Below are positions 9,215 to 19,551 of a stretch of 64,000 bases of DNA, piece after piece. Below the pieces are notes generated by a model. The model was not told the origin of the DNA and did not search any database. It saw nothing but the letters and a program-made list of their open reading frames with translations. This stretch comes from Gemmatimonadota bacterium (GTDB lineage: Bacteria; JBHIER01; G020348925). Each line of letters opens with the position of its first letter. The stretch's first letter is position 1. The position numbers and the translations under genes were made by a program. The DNA lies in NCBI GenBank assembly GCA_020348925.1, contig CP070758.1, positions 2,557,688 to 2,621,687 of the forward strand, given 5' to 3'.

Positions 9215-11125
9215 ATGAAAAAGACAGACGTTGGTGCCCTGTTTTTGGGGCCGAAATCTGAAAATCACAAGTTTTTTAAGGAGATGCTCAATTTTCTCAT
9301 CGATGAGCATATCCACTGGCGGCGGGATTTTCATCCTGATGATAAACCATACATAAGCTTCCCTGAACAACATGAGAAGCTGTTCCAGAGTACTATTGAC
9401 AGGACGCAGGATGTATTGCTTAATCTTTCTTCCATGCTGAAGGCCAGTTCGGAGCCGTGGTTTTCCCCACGCTACCTGGGACAGATGAACAGCGATATTC
9501 TGATGTGTGCCGCCCTGGCCTATATGGCCACTGTTCTCTACAACCCGAATAACTGCGCCTACGAAGGTTCGCCGGCAACCACTCCAATGGAAATTGAAGT
9601 AGGGAAACAACTCGCAGAAATGCTGGGATATAATCTTGAAAATGCTTGGGGGCACATTACGGCCGACGGTACGATTGCAAACTATGAGGGCCTGTGGTTC
9701 ATGAGAAACATGAAATCATTCCCCCTTGCCATCCGAGAGGTGGACCCGAATTTTCCTGGCGTGAAAGGGAAGACGGAATGGCAGCTGTTGAACATGCCCA
9801 CTCGCCGTATCCTGCAACTGATCACGGATACAGAGAAAGTTGGGAAAAATCAAGAGTTCTTTGAACGATGTCGCGACAGGTCTGTTCGTGGTACTGGAGA
9901 GACCGATGCCCTGGGCGTGCTTCTTGTCCCCCAGAGCAAACATTATTCCTGGACAAAAGCGGTGGATGTCCTCGGGATTGGTCGGCATAACCTCATACCC
10001 ATTGACGTTACAGATAATTTTCGGATGGATATCGATGAGTTGAAAAAGGAGATTGAGAACCAAGCGGCTCACAAGATTCCGATTCTGGGCGTCGTCTCCG
10101 TCGTAGGCACGACTGAGGAGGGAGCGGTTGATGAAGTCCATAGAGTTGCAGAGCTCCGCAGGAGGTACGAAAAACAGGGGGTTTCATTCTACTACCATCT
10201 CGATGCAGCCTACGGCGGGTATACCCGTACCATCTTTTTCGATGAAGAGAACAGTTTCATGCACTATGACGGCTTGAAGACGTTTTTACACGAGCAGGGC
10301 GTTATCCACCAGGATGTTGCGTGGCCTCCGAAGGACGTGTATGAGGCCTATAAAGCCATGCCTGAGGCTGATTCCATCACAATCGATCCCCATAAGATGG
10401 GGTACGTTCCCTATCCAGCCGGGGCCATTGTCGTCAAGGATAAACGGGTCCGGGATCTTGTTTCCTACTTCGCTCCGTATGTCTTTGCTGAAGAGAAAGG
10501 GGAGGAAGATCCTCAGCTTCTCGGTGCATATATCATGGAGGGCTCAAAACCGGGTGCTGCGGCTGCATCTGTCTGGGCTGCGCATCGACTCGTCCCGCTC
10601 AATGTGACGGGGTACGGCAGACTTATCGGAAGGAGTGTTGAGGTGGCCCATCGATTCTACAATTCACTTCACAAGCAAAGATCTTTCAAGGTTTCATATG
10701 AGGATAAGAAAGGGAAGAAGAGATATCGAACATTCAAGGTCGTGCCCCTAACCAGACCCGACTTTAATATGGTCTGCTGGGCATTTAACGAAGTGGGAAA
10801 TACCAGCCTGAGGAGGATGAATGGCCTTACTTTAGCACTTTTTAAGAAATTTCAGTATATTGATGGTCCTGTCTATTATGACGACTTCTTGACATCTCAT
10901 ACCGAATTCACCCTTGAAAACTATGGCCAAGCCCCGGAAACATTCCTGAGAAAACTGGGCATTTCTACAAAAGGATACACTGATAAGCAAGGTGTCTGGG
11001 TGCTCCGCGCTTCCCTCTTGACCCCTTTTCTGGATGTCGAGAAGGTCTATAAAGACTATTGGACACGGTTTATGAAAACCATAAAGAAGACCATAGCCGA
11101 AGTAACATCTGTACCGAGAAAATGA
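9215..11125 (+). CDS. tdc: Tyrosine decarboxylase-like PLP enzyme (Enterococcus/Lactobacillus TDC family)
   Basis: SD AAGGAG before ATG 9215. Motifs ALFLGPKSEN, GHITADGTIANYEGLW, VPQSKHYSW.KA, VVGTTEEGAVD, HLDAAYGGY, SITIDPHKMGY, LLGAYIMEGSK, LNVTGYG. Substrate not proven. Confidence 0.85.
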   Translation: MKKTDVGALFLGPKSENHKFFKEMLNFLIDEHIHWRRDFHPDDKPYISFPEQHEKLFQSTIDRTQDVLLNLSSMLKASSEPWFSPRYLGQMNSDILMCAALAYMATVLYNPNNCAYEGSPATTPMEIEVGKQLAEMLGYNLENAWGHITADGTIANYEGLWFMRNMKSFPLAIREVDPNFPGVKGKTEWQLLNMPTRRILQLITDTEKVGKNQEFFERCRDRSVRGTGETDALGVLLVPQSKHYSWTKAVDVLGIGRHNLIPIDVTDNFRMDIDELKKEIENQAAHKIPILGVVSVVGTTEEGAVDEVHRVAELRRRYEKQGVSFYYHLDAAYGGYTRTIFFDEENSFMHYDGLKTFLHEQGVIHQDVAWPPKDVYEAYKAMPEADSITIDPHKMGYVPYPAGAIVVKDKRVRDLVSYFAPYVFAEEKGEEDPQLLGAYIMEGSKPGAAAASVWAAHRLVPLNVTGYGRLIGRSVEVAHRFYNSLHKQRSFKVSYEDKKGKKRYRTFKVVPLTRPDFNMVCWAFNEVGNTSLRRMNGLTLALFKKFQYIDGPVYYDDFLTSHTEFTLENYGQAPETFLRKLGISTKGYTDKQGVWVLRASLLTPFLDVEKVYKDYWTRFMKTIKKTIAEVTSVPRK

Positions 11126-11134
11126 GATCGATGC

Positions 11135-11389
11135 GTGCGGGGTACTGGTGGGAAAACAGTCCGAAGATCATCGAACTTTCCCAAAATATCCTATCCGACC
11201 TTTATGGATGGGATCATTAGCGGGGCATACATTTTTATGGCCCTGGCTGTGCTCGAAAATGTCACCTCCCACGTTTTGCGAACGCGACATATGGGGAAAC
11301 AAGCCCTGAGACTCGATCGCCTTTCAAGGTGGTTGTTCCCCATAGCGTATCTCACCTCGTGGATTGTTATGACGCTCGTGTTTATGTAG
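11135..11389 (+). pseudogene. C-terminal remnant (M2-M3 loop, M3, M4) of a GLIC/ELIC-like pLGIC
   Basis: FPKISYPTFMD resembles the pLGIC LPxxxYxTxxD loop. It is followed by a TM helix and DRLSRWLFPIAY (M4 DxxSRxxFP motif). No ECD, M1 or M2 is present upstream. Confidence 0.75.
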
Positions 11390-11626
11390 AATTACCTTTT
11401 CTTGATCCCCTTTGATATGAGACCGTGAAACGGTGGCCCTCACTGTTGGTTCGCTCCCCTTGATGAATCAAACGCCGTTGCGTTATACTATCGATGGCTT
11501 GCTTATGAGACTGGTCTTAAGTGCCCGTCCCGTCTCGATTGAATTATCGATCCATAAAAGTTTGAATGAGTTATACCCATCAGAATTTCATTGTCAACGT
11601 ATCATCCCAATAGAACAACAAAAAGC

Positions 11627-11657
11627 TTGACATGGGAAATAATTATCATAATATAAT
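11627..11657 (+). promoter_or_regulatory. Putative sigma70 promoter for the 1391-aa receptor gene
   Basis: TTGACA at 11627 followed by overlapping TAATAT (N16) and TATAAT (N19) boxes. Confidence 0.45.
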
Positions 11658-11927
11658 GATGTGTATTTTTAATATGTTGAGGGATTGCTTGTATGTCAAG
11701 TTCAATGGCAAGGAATACATCATTAACGCTTCCCCTCGGGATTGTGAGTAACTCTCTGTAAGTGACAGATAGTTACGAATGCGTTTGATTATGAAGATCG
11801 ATGATATCATGAACGTCTTTTTCCCGATTGACCGAAAAATGTGTGGAATCCCATTCTTTTTGCCTCAGGAAAAAAATAAGGAGCATCATCCGTTTGGATC
11901 CGTTGAACCGTAATTGCGGGGGGAACG

Positions 11928-14900
11928 GTGCCTAAAAAGAAGAGATCATCAGACCTTGCAAGGTCGCAAAAAGTGGCTGCGAAACTGCATCCTTCCCCTT
12001 GGATTCGCTATTTCGCTTCGATTCTCCTTCTTATCCTGGTTGGATTGGGGGGGTTCTATTTTATCATCGTCCAGGAGCGGAAGGACTTGCAGTCGCAATA
12101 TCTGCTCCGTGTTCTCAGCACCGCCGGCCAGAATGTGGGAGAGACCATCACTGGTCTGCGGGGTAATGTTAAGAAGGCAGCAGAGACCAAGAAAGAAACC
12201 GACAAGACACTTCAAAAAACCATTGAGGGAAAACTGGCACTTATTCCCAATCTGATCAAGTATCCACAAAGCGACTTTGCCACATGGTCTGAATGGATAA
12301 CACTGAAAGATCCTGACAGCTTGGAGAATCCCAAAGTCGATATAACGATCAATTACGAAAATGGAGAATACGTTGTTACTTTTACGGTCAAAGCATGCAC
12401 TCTCAAAACCGAAAAGAAAAGTTTCTCAGATACCCGTGAAAAATTCAAAGATGTTTTCCTGACCCACGCCAGACTCAGAGATCTGATTTTGCCCTCGCTT
12501 CCTGATGATGTCTTCGATGGGGGCGTTGTCGTGGCCCGAAGAAACGAAATGGTTCTCCTGCAAAAGGGTGGTGCAGCCGCCCACCTCGTGCAACTACCGA
12601 GAGCGAAAGTGACAGAGGAAGAGGCGTCCTCAGGCGTCACTGATTCCTGCGTCACCACCCAGATCCGCGACGTCGAGATCGCCGGCGTCAAATACAAATT
12701 GTTTCTTCAACCCTTTTGTATCCCGGTGGATGTAAGATGGGTCGATTCAACTCAGGACACCACCCGCCATGCACCGGAAAAGGTCTGGTTTATGGGAGGA
12801 CTTATCCCAAACGCGACCTTCAGGGCGAAAACAATGGCTGTCTCTCCGACCTTCGTCCTGTTCGTTGTGTTCCTGCTTGTCCTGGGGTTGCTCTGCCTGC
12901 CCTTTCTGCGAATCCGCTTCATTGGGTTGCGAGAAGGTCTGCGGGCCCACGATGTGTTGGTGCTGGCCGTCGCACTCATGGTGGGTTGTTCTCTCGTCAC
13001 TTTTGCCGTCATCCATCTTTTCACAGCTTTGACGGAAAGGGAGACACGAGCACGTCACCTGACCATCATTGCCCGTAGAATCGATTGTTTGGTTTCGTCG
13101 GAACTGGACTCGTTGCACTTGGAACTTATCGAGTTGACGAACACGGCCAACACTCTGCGCAGACAAGGCACCAGGCCCAACATTCTTGTTGAGGAAAAGG
13201 TCAGAAATCCCCATTTCGAGATGGTCTGGGGAATGGACAAAAACGGTTGGCAGACTTGGAAGTGGAGCGTTAAGAGTACGACGACTCCTGTGTCGAGTTT
13301 TCCTGAAAGAGAATATTTCAGGTATGCAAGAGATTATGATCTGAATCTGTTCTCTCCCCTTCACCATACAGGACGAAATGTGTTAGATGATACGACCAAG
13401 GACGTAAAATTTCTCAGGGGACGATATATCCAGTCGATTCGCTCAAAAACCACCGGTGAAGTGTACGCAATTCTCTCGCTTCGAATGTCGAGTGAGGACT
13501 TCACAGGTTCGATTGTTTCCGTGATCGAGTCGCCGATGTTGAGCCTGATCGATCCCGTCATGCCCCCGGGATACAGTTTCGCCGTCATCGATCGGAAGGG
13601 TGACGTACAATTCCATTCCGACAAGGATCGGAATCTGAGAGAGAATTTTTTTGTGGAACTCGGTTCGGACGAAGACGTGAGGGCCGCTGTTTTTTCAGGA
13701 ACCGAGAAGAACGTGCGATTCAAATATCGAGCCGAGCCGCGAAGCGCTGTGGTAACACCCCTGACCCATACACCATGGACCCTCGTCGTATTTACGGACG
13801 ACCGAATACTGAGCCATCTGGATCTTGAAACGATGACGTTGTCCCTCAGCCTTTTCGGCGCGTATCTGATTCTCTTTCTATTGTTCTGTCTCGTTCTGTC
13901 TCTGGTGTCCCTTGCAATCGCCTCATTTCGCCGTCGAGATAGAAACGATTCAGGGAAAATTCGTTCCGTAGGAGCGATCGACAGAATAGCCCGCTGGTGC
14001 GGGCGATGCGACATTGCCCCTGGCGAAGCCCGTTCCATGTGGTTTTGGCCTGATGGAACAAAGCAAAAACATTACAGAATTCTGCTCTGGATCATGGCTT
14101 CGTTTATCGCCTTGTGGTGTGTCGGTTCTCAATGGCGACCCGCGTGGATGGTCTGGATATCACCGGCTCTGTCCCTGATTCTGATAGTGGTAGTATATGT
14201 TCTTATCCGATGGAAAAATGTTTCTCGTGGCGAAACGGATAAGGCTGGTGAGAGAATGACATCCCTGAAGGTGCGGTGGTTGTACGTGGTGACCATCATA
14301 GGATTTCTTTTCAATATCGCCATCCTGCCCGCTCTCAGTTTTTATCATCTGATCCATTCCGAAGAGGTCATCCTGTACACAAAAATGCACCAACTCCAAC
14401 TGGCTGAGTCTTTACGGAATAGGGTCGATCGCCATGTTGCGCGTTATCGAAAAATCGGGCTGAGCGATGAAAACGAACAATGTGTTCGGTTACGGCTCGC
14501 GCTTTCGGATATGCGTGAACTTTCTATCCAGAACGCACCCGATGTCTATACGTTGAACTCGTATGTCAAAGAATCCAGGAACGATTCTCAGTCTACGCCC
14601 CGGCGCGACAAGCATCAACCATCCGAAGAGCGTTTCAAACAGGTGTGGATCGACCGATTAAGTCAGGCGGGATTGTTACCGAGTTACAACGAATTCGCCG
14701 CCGTGACCAGAACCCTGACCAGCTCACAGGACGGAGATCACAACAGAAGCTGGCAGTTCGTATCGCCAGATAATTTGCTGAGATTGAACATCACGGATTT
14801 TCGGCCGTCCGTTCCTGTAGGCAGAATCGATAAGACACGCACCATTGAGAATACCCATCAGATCAACCTGACCATAGAGACTCCCCTCGATTTTCAAAGG

Positions 14901-16103
14901 AGCGTGAATCCGTACTTGATTCTTCTTGCTCTCATCTTTGCCGTCATCGTGCTTCTGGTGATTGTTTGGAATGTCGTCCGTATTGTCTTTGTGGCCAACG
15001 TCAGGTACCCGCGATCTCTTGACGGAGAGTGTTTTATCAAGGGTGCGGATGATTCTCTCAGGAAGCTCATATTGCGCATACGATTTCCTCGGAAAGACAG
15101 CCCCTCGTCCATCTCCCAATTTCCATTTGAGATTGGCATACAGGACATCCGTGATGCTGAGTCGGCTCAGGATATTCTTTCTCGTGTTCGGAACTCGCAA
15201 ATCCAGGAAATCGTGCTGACCAACTTTGATTACGATCTGGACGATCCGCACATTGCACACAAAAAACTTGAGCTCCTCGAGGGCCTGGCAACGTTCAAGG
15301 AGAAACGAATCGTCATTGAGTCATCGATCGACCCCCTCTATCTCTTCACCGCGCGCGCACATGATTTTTGGGTTGACAAAGAGAAACAGCACATATCACT
15401 CGATCGTTGGTCCATGGTTCTACAGAAGTTCACGAAGTTACGCTGGAGAGCCACCGAAGGCGAATTTGATGCGTTGCGAAATAAATTCAACAAGGAGCTT
15501 GAGCAGCTCGAAAATTTCAAAAACATGTCGTCGGAGGTTCGAAGCGCCCTTGTCTCCGAGGGGTGGCCAAACCGGATTCTCAGGGATTACGCAGAAACGT
15601 TAGTATCGTGCAAAGAACTCCAAGGGTATACCGCACATGATGTCGTCGACCAATTTCTCGACCTGGCCACGGCCCATTACCGGAGGATCTGGGCGACCTG
15701 CAGTACCGATGAGAAGGTTCTCTTGTATCGACTTGCCCAAGAAGGATTTGTGAATTGGCGAATGAGGAATACGCTGCGCAGCTTGATTCGGCGAAGAATT
15801 GTCGTGGCCGCTCCGAACTTCCGGCTCATGAACGAGAGCTTCCGGCGGTTCGTCTTCAGAGCGGAGCGTCCCGAAATTTTCCAGGAATGGGAAAAGGCGG
15901 TTGAATCAAGCATGTGGTCCAGAATCAAAAAACCGCTCATTTTCTCCGGAATTGCTCTGGCCGTGTTCTTTTTTGCAACTCAGAGAGAGGTTTTCAATCG
16001 ATCACTAGGAATGCTGGCAGCTGTGATGACCGGTGCGCCGGTTCTTATAAAGATCATCGGAATGTTGCTGCAGAATCGCCAGGTGACCTCCACCCATGAC
16101 TGA
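11928..16103 (+). CDS. Large multi-pass membrane protein with Cache-like extracytoplasmic domains and a C-terminal degenerate NTPase-like/winged-helix-like region
   Basis: About 10 hydrophobic segments. Cache-like motifs (EREYF...IQSIRSKTTGE; FAVIDRKGDVQFHSD; TPWTLVVF). Cytosolic IVLTNFDY..DDP, RIVIESS.DP, HYRRIW..CS..EK..L..LA, L..L.RR.IV....FR..NESFRRFV. Confidence 0.7.
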   Translation: MPKKKRSSDLARSQKVAAKLHPSPWIRYFASILLLILVGLGGFYFIIVQERKDLQSQYLLRVLSTAGQNVGETITGLRGNVKKAAETKKETDKTLQKTIEGKLALIPNLIKYPQSDFATWSEWITLKDPDSLENPKVDITINYENGEYVVTFTVKACTLKTEKKSFSDTREKFKDVFLTHARLRDLILPSLPDDVFDGGVVVARRNEMVLLQKGGAAAHLVQLPRAKVTEEEASSGVTDSCVTTQIRDVEIAGVKYKLFLQPFCIPVDVRWVDSTQDTTRHAPEKVWFMGGLIPNATFRAKTMAVSPTFVLFVVFLLVLGLLCLPFLRIRFIGLREGLRAHDVLVLAVALMVGCSLVTFAVIHLFTALTERETRARHLTIIARRIDCLVSSELDSLHLELIELTNTANTLRRQGTRPNILVEEKVRNPHFEMVWGMDKNGWQTWKWSVKSTTTPVSSFPEREYFRYARDYDLNLFSPLHHTGRNVLDDTTKDVKFLRGRYIQSIRSKTTGEVYAILSLRMSSEDFTGSIVSVIESPMLSLIDPVMPPGYSFAVIDRKGDVQFHSDKDRNLRENFFVELGSDEDVRAAVFSGTEKNVRFKYRAEPRSAVVTPLTHTPWTLVVFTDDRILSHLDLETMTLSLSLFGAYLILFLLFCLVLSLVSLAIASFRRRDRNDSGKIRSVGAIDRIARWCGRCDIAPGEARSMWFWPDGTKQKHYRILLWIMASFIALWCVGSQWRPAWMVWISPALSLILIVVVYVLIRWKNVSRGETDKAGERMTSLKVRWLYVVTIIGFLFNIAILPALSFYHLIHSEEVILYTKMHQLQLAESLRNRVDRHVARYRKIGLSDENEQCVRLRLALSDMRELSIQNAPDVYTLNSYVKESRNDSQSTPRRDKHQPSEERFKQVWIDRLSQAGLLPSYNEFAAVTRTLTSSQDGDHNRSWQFVSPDNLLRLNITDFRPSVPVGRIDKTRTIENTHQINLTIETPLDFQRSVNPYLILLALIFAVIVLLVIVWNVVRIVFVANVRYPRSLDGECFIKGADDSLRKLILRIRFPRKDSPSSISQFPFEIGIQDIRDAESAQDILSRVRNSQIQEIVLTNFDYDLDDPHIAHKKLELLEGLATFKEKRIVIESSIDPLYLFTARAHDFWVDKEKQHISLDRWSMVLQKFTKLRWRATEGEFDALRNKFNKELEQLENFKNMSSEVRSALVSEGWPNRILRDYAETLVSCKELQGYTAHDVVDQFLDLATAHYRRIWATCSTDEKVLLYRLAQEGFVNWRMRNTLRSLIRRRIVVAAPNFRLMNESFRRFVFRAERPEIFQEWEKAVESSMWSRIKKPLIFSGIALAVFFFATQREVFNRSLGMLAAVMTGAPVLIKIIGMLLQNRQVTSTHD

Positions 16104-16114
16104 GGTGCAGAGAT

Positions 16115-16146
16115 GAACCTCACCGGTGTGATCGGGTGAGGTTCTT
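16115..16146 (+). terminator. Hairpin after the receptor gene
   Basis: Perfect 10-bp stem GAACCTCACC / GGTGAGGTTC, with only a short U tail. Confidence 0.55.
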
Positions 16147-16534
16147 ACACTTCGGTCTTGATCTCAGAGGAAATGGTCTTGAGACCACTGTAGGTTTTTT
16201 TCAATCCACCACTTTTTTTGCTCTACCCCTCACTCTGCTCTCAGATCTCATTTTATCACAAGATTTCCCGTTGAAGCCTGTTGAACATTTTTCGGATTTG
16301 GGACTCTGAACCGGTTCATACGGAAAGCTCAATACTCTCCGGTAGGTCGCGAATTTCACTGAAACTTGTGGACTTACATTCTGTCTAATCTTTTTGAGGG
16401 TATTACAATGCTCCAAACCTCGTGGGAGGAGGGATGAACATATGACACGATTCTATTGAATTCTTTCGGATAATCCTATCCTAAGGAGATCGAGGTGGTT
16501 CGTTACTTACTCACTTTTTCCGAGGAGGTGTCTG

Positions 16535-19513
16535 ATGTCCAAGTGTTTCCTTGCGACGCTGTTGGTTCTTCTCTCGTCACTCAGTTCGGCCGCTCTCGTT
16601 GAGGCCAGCCCGGATGTGCTGATTGCAGTTAATATTTCGGATTCCGGAGCGATGGGTACTTTGAGGGAAATGCCGGTTTCTGTCAACTACCGGGGTTACG
16701 GATATCTCGTTGCCACGGTCGACACCGACGATATTGAGCGGCTGAAAAAGGCCGGAATTGAATATGAGGTTATTGATGATGAGGCATGGTCCGAACCGTA
16801 TTTTCTGATTACGAGACCGAAAGCGGAAGCGCTCGGTCAAATCCCGGATCAGGGGGAGGTTCTTTTTCAAACCGAGAGTGAGGCCTTTGTTAAAATCACC
16901 CTGGAGGAAGTTCTTGAGTTCGGTCGAGCCGGCTTTCAACTGACGCGGATCTTTCCGAAATCGCTCCCCCTGTGGGAGGACCGAGCTGAAGAGAAGGGCC
17001 GTATTCGAGAGAACCTTCTCGCCAGCCGGCAGACGGAGGATGTCATCGGGGCCATCGTGAATCAGATATCTCAGGAGATCATGCGATCGGATGTGCAGCG
17101 GTTGCAGGATTTTCAGACGAGGCTGTGGGCCAGCGATTCGCTCTGGGCCTCTGCTCAATGGATCTACGACCGCTTCGTCGAGTACGGTTACACGGATGTC
17201 GTATTCGAGGATTTCGTCATATCCGGAAATGATCCTATCTGGTATCAGCAGGGATACGATGTCCCAGTGCGGAATGTCGTTGCGACAAAACCCGGCGTTC
17301 TCCATCCGGAAGACATCGTCATCATCGGTGGCCATTACGACTCGATTGTCTTTGACGGCACGAACCCGTTCGTCTGGGCTCCGGGTGCCGACGACAACGC
17401 CTCGGCCATAGCTGCTATGCTGGAGGCAGCCCGTATTCTGGCCGACGTCGATCTCGAGTGTACTGTCAAATTTGCCTGCTGGACAGCGGAAGAGGTCGGC
17501 CTCTACGGCGCATGGTATCATGCAGCCCAGGCCTACGATCGTGGCGAGAACATTGTCCTGAATATCAACTTGGACATGATCTCGTACCAGCACGAGGGCG
17601 ATCCTGAACGAGACGTCACCGTCTATTACAATCCCTCCGCCCAGGCCTATGCGGATCTGATGTCCGAGATGGCCAATACGTACACGACCCTTGTCCCTGT
17701 ACCACGCTTTGCCGGCGGCGGCAGCGACCACGTGCCTTTCATGCAATACGGGTACGACATCGTCTACGCCGAGGAGGGTGATTTCTTTCTGACACCCCAC
17801 TGGCATATAAGCACAGACGTTGTCGAAAACATGGACTTCGGCTATATGGGCGAGGTTGTCAAAATGAGTCTGGCCACTCTGGTTACTGTGGCCGGTCCTC
17901 CTGCAACATTGGTTGTGCCCGAACCTGTGCTTGGCTTCGAAAGTTACGTCATGGACGAAGATGATGAAGGCGGAAGTAGTGGTAATGAAAACGGATATTT
18001 CGATGCCGGTGAGACCATTCAGCTTTCCGTCACGCTCTCCAATCACGGTGATGCCCAGGCGACTGACGTCACGGGTCGCTTAGCGATCGACGATCCCTAT
18101 GTGACCGTTTTAGACGATGTGGTTCCTTATGAAAATATACCCCCTGGGGGAGCCGGAACGAGCCAGAGTCAGTTTCGGTTTCTCATATCGGAGGACTGCC
18201 CAAGTGGGCATTTTCTAAATTTCTCCCTTCATACGACAGCCTCAGGAGGGATTACGAATACGACGTATTTTTCGGTGCGTGTTATACAGCCGACCGTTGT
18301 CTATATCTCGTATGATCTTGAAGAGATGAGCGGGGACGGTGACGGGAATCCTGAACCCGGCGAGACGGTGGAGATGTCCCTGCTCTTGGGGAACGGCGGT
18401 TTGAGGGGTGCTTCGGGGATTGTTGCCGAACTCTCGACGGAAGATGGAGACATAACGGTTTTAAAGAGTGAGATTGTTTTCCCCGATATGGCCACTCAGA
18501 GTGTTGCTGAGAATACGGGCGAACGCTTCAGCTTCTCGGTGAATGCAGCGGCAGCACTTCATACTGTCGATTTTACGGTTCGCCTGTCCGAGGGAAAAGG
18601 GTATTATCGGATCGATATTCCCATTCGCTGGCTTATGGGACAGGGTACGGTCCGACTTGTGGCTGACGACGGCGGGGGATACTTTGGCTACTACATCGAA
18701 GCGCTTCAAAATGTGGGCGTCCCCTTCGATATCGATGAAATCCAGGGCGTACCTTTGCCCCACTCCGTGGATCTCAAGGATTATGCGGAGGTGATCTGGT
18801 TCACGGGTGCCGATGAGAGCAATACATTGACACCCGAGGATCAGAACGACCTGCAGGATTTTCTTGATAATGGTGGGAGGTTGCTTCTTTCCGGATGTAT
18901 GATCGGGTATGAGATCGGGACGACACCCTTTTACCGGAATTACTTGCACGGAAGCTACGTTTCCTTTATGACGATGCTCCATCATCTCAACAGTGCGGCC
19001 TCGAATCCGGTCCAGAGTGACATAGACATTACTCTGGCTAGAGATGGGTATAACGGACAAGCTTTCACGGGGGAGGTTGATCCCATCAGCCCGGCCGTTT
19101 CGATTTTCGATTACGACCGAAGTACTGAGGAAGGACCTGGGATCGTCAGATCGAGCGGCAGTGGTGCCCTCGCTGTGGAAACCTCGGTATACAAGCTCGC
19201 CTATTTCTCTTTCGGTCTGGAAGGTATTGTCCCGACGGAGGATTGTGCGCAGGTGATTGCTGATGTGTTGGCGTGGTTTAAAGAGCCGGGTATCGATAAG
19301 GGGGACGTTGATGGCAACGGAGCGACGGACATCATCGATGCAGTTGTGGCGGTGAACATTGTTCTGGGTATGCACCAACCCGATGAAGACCAAATGGTTC
19401 GGGCTGACATGAATTATGACGGAGCCATAGACATCATCGATGTCGTCAGAGTCGTCAACGCCGTGCTGGGAACGAGTGGAAGAGCAGTTCATGACAATGA
19501 CACGGATATGTAG
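16535..19513 (+). CDS. Secreted M28 zinc peptidase + 2 Ig-like domains + Rossmann-like domain + dockerin (copy 1)
   Basis: Signal peptide; GGHYDS, PGADDNAS, AEEVG, NLDM, GSDH; dockerin GDVDGNGATDIIDAV...ADMNYDGAIDIIDVV. Confidence 0.92.
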   Translation: MSKCFLATLLVLLSSLSSAALVEASPDVLIAVNISDSGAMGTLREMPVSVNYRGYGYLVATVDTDDIERLKKAGIEYEVIDDEAWSEPYFLITRPKAEALGQIPDQGEVLFQTESEAFVKITLEEVLEFGRAGFQLTRIFPKSLPLWEDRAEEKGRIRENLLASRQTEDVIGAIVNQISQEIMRSDVQRLQDFQTRLWASDSLWASAQWIYDRFVEYGYTDVVFEDFVISGNDPIWYQQGYDVPVRNVVATKPGVLHPEDIVIIGGHYDSIVFDGTNPFVWAPGADDNASAIAAMLEAARILADVDLECTVKFACWTAEEVGLYGAWYHAAQAYDRGENIVLNINLDMISYQHEGDPERDVTVYYNPSAQAYADLMSEMANTYTTLVPVPRFAGGGSDHVPFMQYGYDIVYAEEGDFFLTPHWHISTDVVENMDFGYMGEVVKMSLATLVTVAGPPATLVVPEPVLGFESYVMDEDDEGGSSGNENGYFDAGETIQLSVTLSNHGDAQATDVTGRLAIDDPYVTVLDDVVPYENIPPGGAGTSQSQFRFLISEDCPSGHFLNFSLHTTASGGITNTTYFSVRVIQPTVVYISYDLEEMSGDGDGNPEPGETVEMSLLLGNGGLRGASGIVAELSTEDGDITVLKSEIVFPDMATQSVAENTGERFSFSVNAAAALHTVDFTVRLSEGKGYYRIDIPIRWLMGQGTVRLVADDGGGYFGYYIEALQNVGVPFDIDEIQGVPLPHSVDLKDYAEVIWFTGADESNTLTPEDQNDLQDFLDNGGRLLLSGCMIGYEIGTTPFYRNYLHGSYVSFMTMLHHLNSAASNPVQSDIDITLARDGYNGQAFTGEVDPISPAVSIFDYDRSTEEGPGIVRSSGSGALAVETSVYKLAYFSFGLEGIVPTEDCAQVIADVLAWFKEPGIDKGDVDGNGATDIIDAVVAVNIVLGMHQPDEDQMVRADMNYDGAIDIIDVVRVVNAVLGTSGRAVHDNDTDM

Positions 19514-19551
19514 ATCGATCACGAATTTCTTATCAAAGGGGGGCAACAGTT

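Noticed and set aside
16577-18046. Long antisense ORFs recurring across the M28 paralogs (also 18461-19546, 30901-31866, 33746-35038)
   Set aside because: They recur because the sense genes are paralogous and their codon bias avoids antisense stops; no independent coding signal.
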